A DNA stretch of 63,873 bases, counting the filler, from Rhizaria sp. SCN 62-66 (lineage: Eukaryota), in assembly GCA_001724265.1 (NCBI GenBank). It is 3 parts of 3 records of this genome, joined end to end, with 100 filler letters (N's around TTAATTAATTAA, not from the genome) between each part and the next. Parts side by side here need not be neighbours in the genome. Positions count along the whole stretch, not along the records: positions 51,192 to 63,873 come from MEDY01000532.1; 2 more parts are not named here. One strand, written 5' to 3'. This document shows, piece by piece, positions 63,813 to 63,873 of this stretch. Position 1 is the stretch's first letter. Each line of letters begins with the position of its first letter. The notes beneath the pieces were generated by a model that was given only the letters and a program-made list of their open reading frames with translations, ran no database searches and had not been told where the DNA came from. The translations under genes and the position numbers were made by a program.

Positions 63813-63873
63813 CGCTGCAGGCCACGTGGCTGCGACGCCACGAGGCCTGCAGCGAAAAAAAAAAAAAAAAAAA
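63813..63873 (+). other. GC-rich hairpin followed by a poly(A) run at the end of the window
   Basis: CGCTGCAGGCC-A-CGTGGC-tgcgac-GCCACG-A-GGCCTGCAGCG forms 11 bp + 6 bp stems with one A/A mismatch and a 6-nt loop. It is followed by 19 A. Confidence 0.7.

Overview
Eukaryotic nuclear DNA from a flagellated protist (BBS2 and an axonemal dynein light chain are present), with GC-rich exons and AT-rich introns and intergenic DNA. The window is three contigs (1-25348, 25449-51091, 51192-63873) joined by artificial N44-TTAATTAATTAA-N44 linkers. I can support about 20 protein-coding genes or gene fragments. Recognisable ones: PPIL4, a CCCH zinc-finger/Q-rich protein, a giant B-box protein, NXF1/Mex67, class II fumarase, CCT5 (3' end), an LRRC74-like protein, TMEM144, BBS2, DNALI1/p28, an archaeal-type alanyl-tRNA synthetase, an ankyrin protein, an NBR1-FW-domain protein, a GPI-anchored surface protein and ERG8-type phosphomevalonate kinase. 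The main signal is a probable non-standard nuclear genetic code. Three genes, one on each contig, carry a single in-frame TAG within otherwise continuous coding sequence, including one inside the NTF2-like domain of NXF1. None of the 19 gene ends I could define uses TAG (10 TAA, 9 TGA). This suggests UAG alone is read as an amino acid. Secondary signals: an archaeal-type AlaRS with spliceosomal introns, a strongly skewed GTACG 5' splice site, and long low-complexity insertions inside conserved domains. All gene models were built by eye and are unverified by database search or RNA data.
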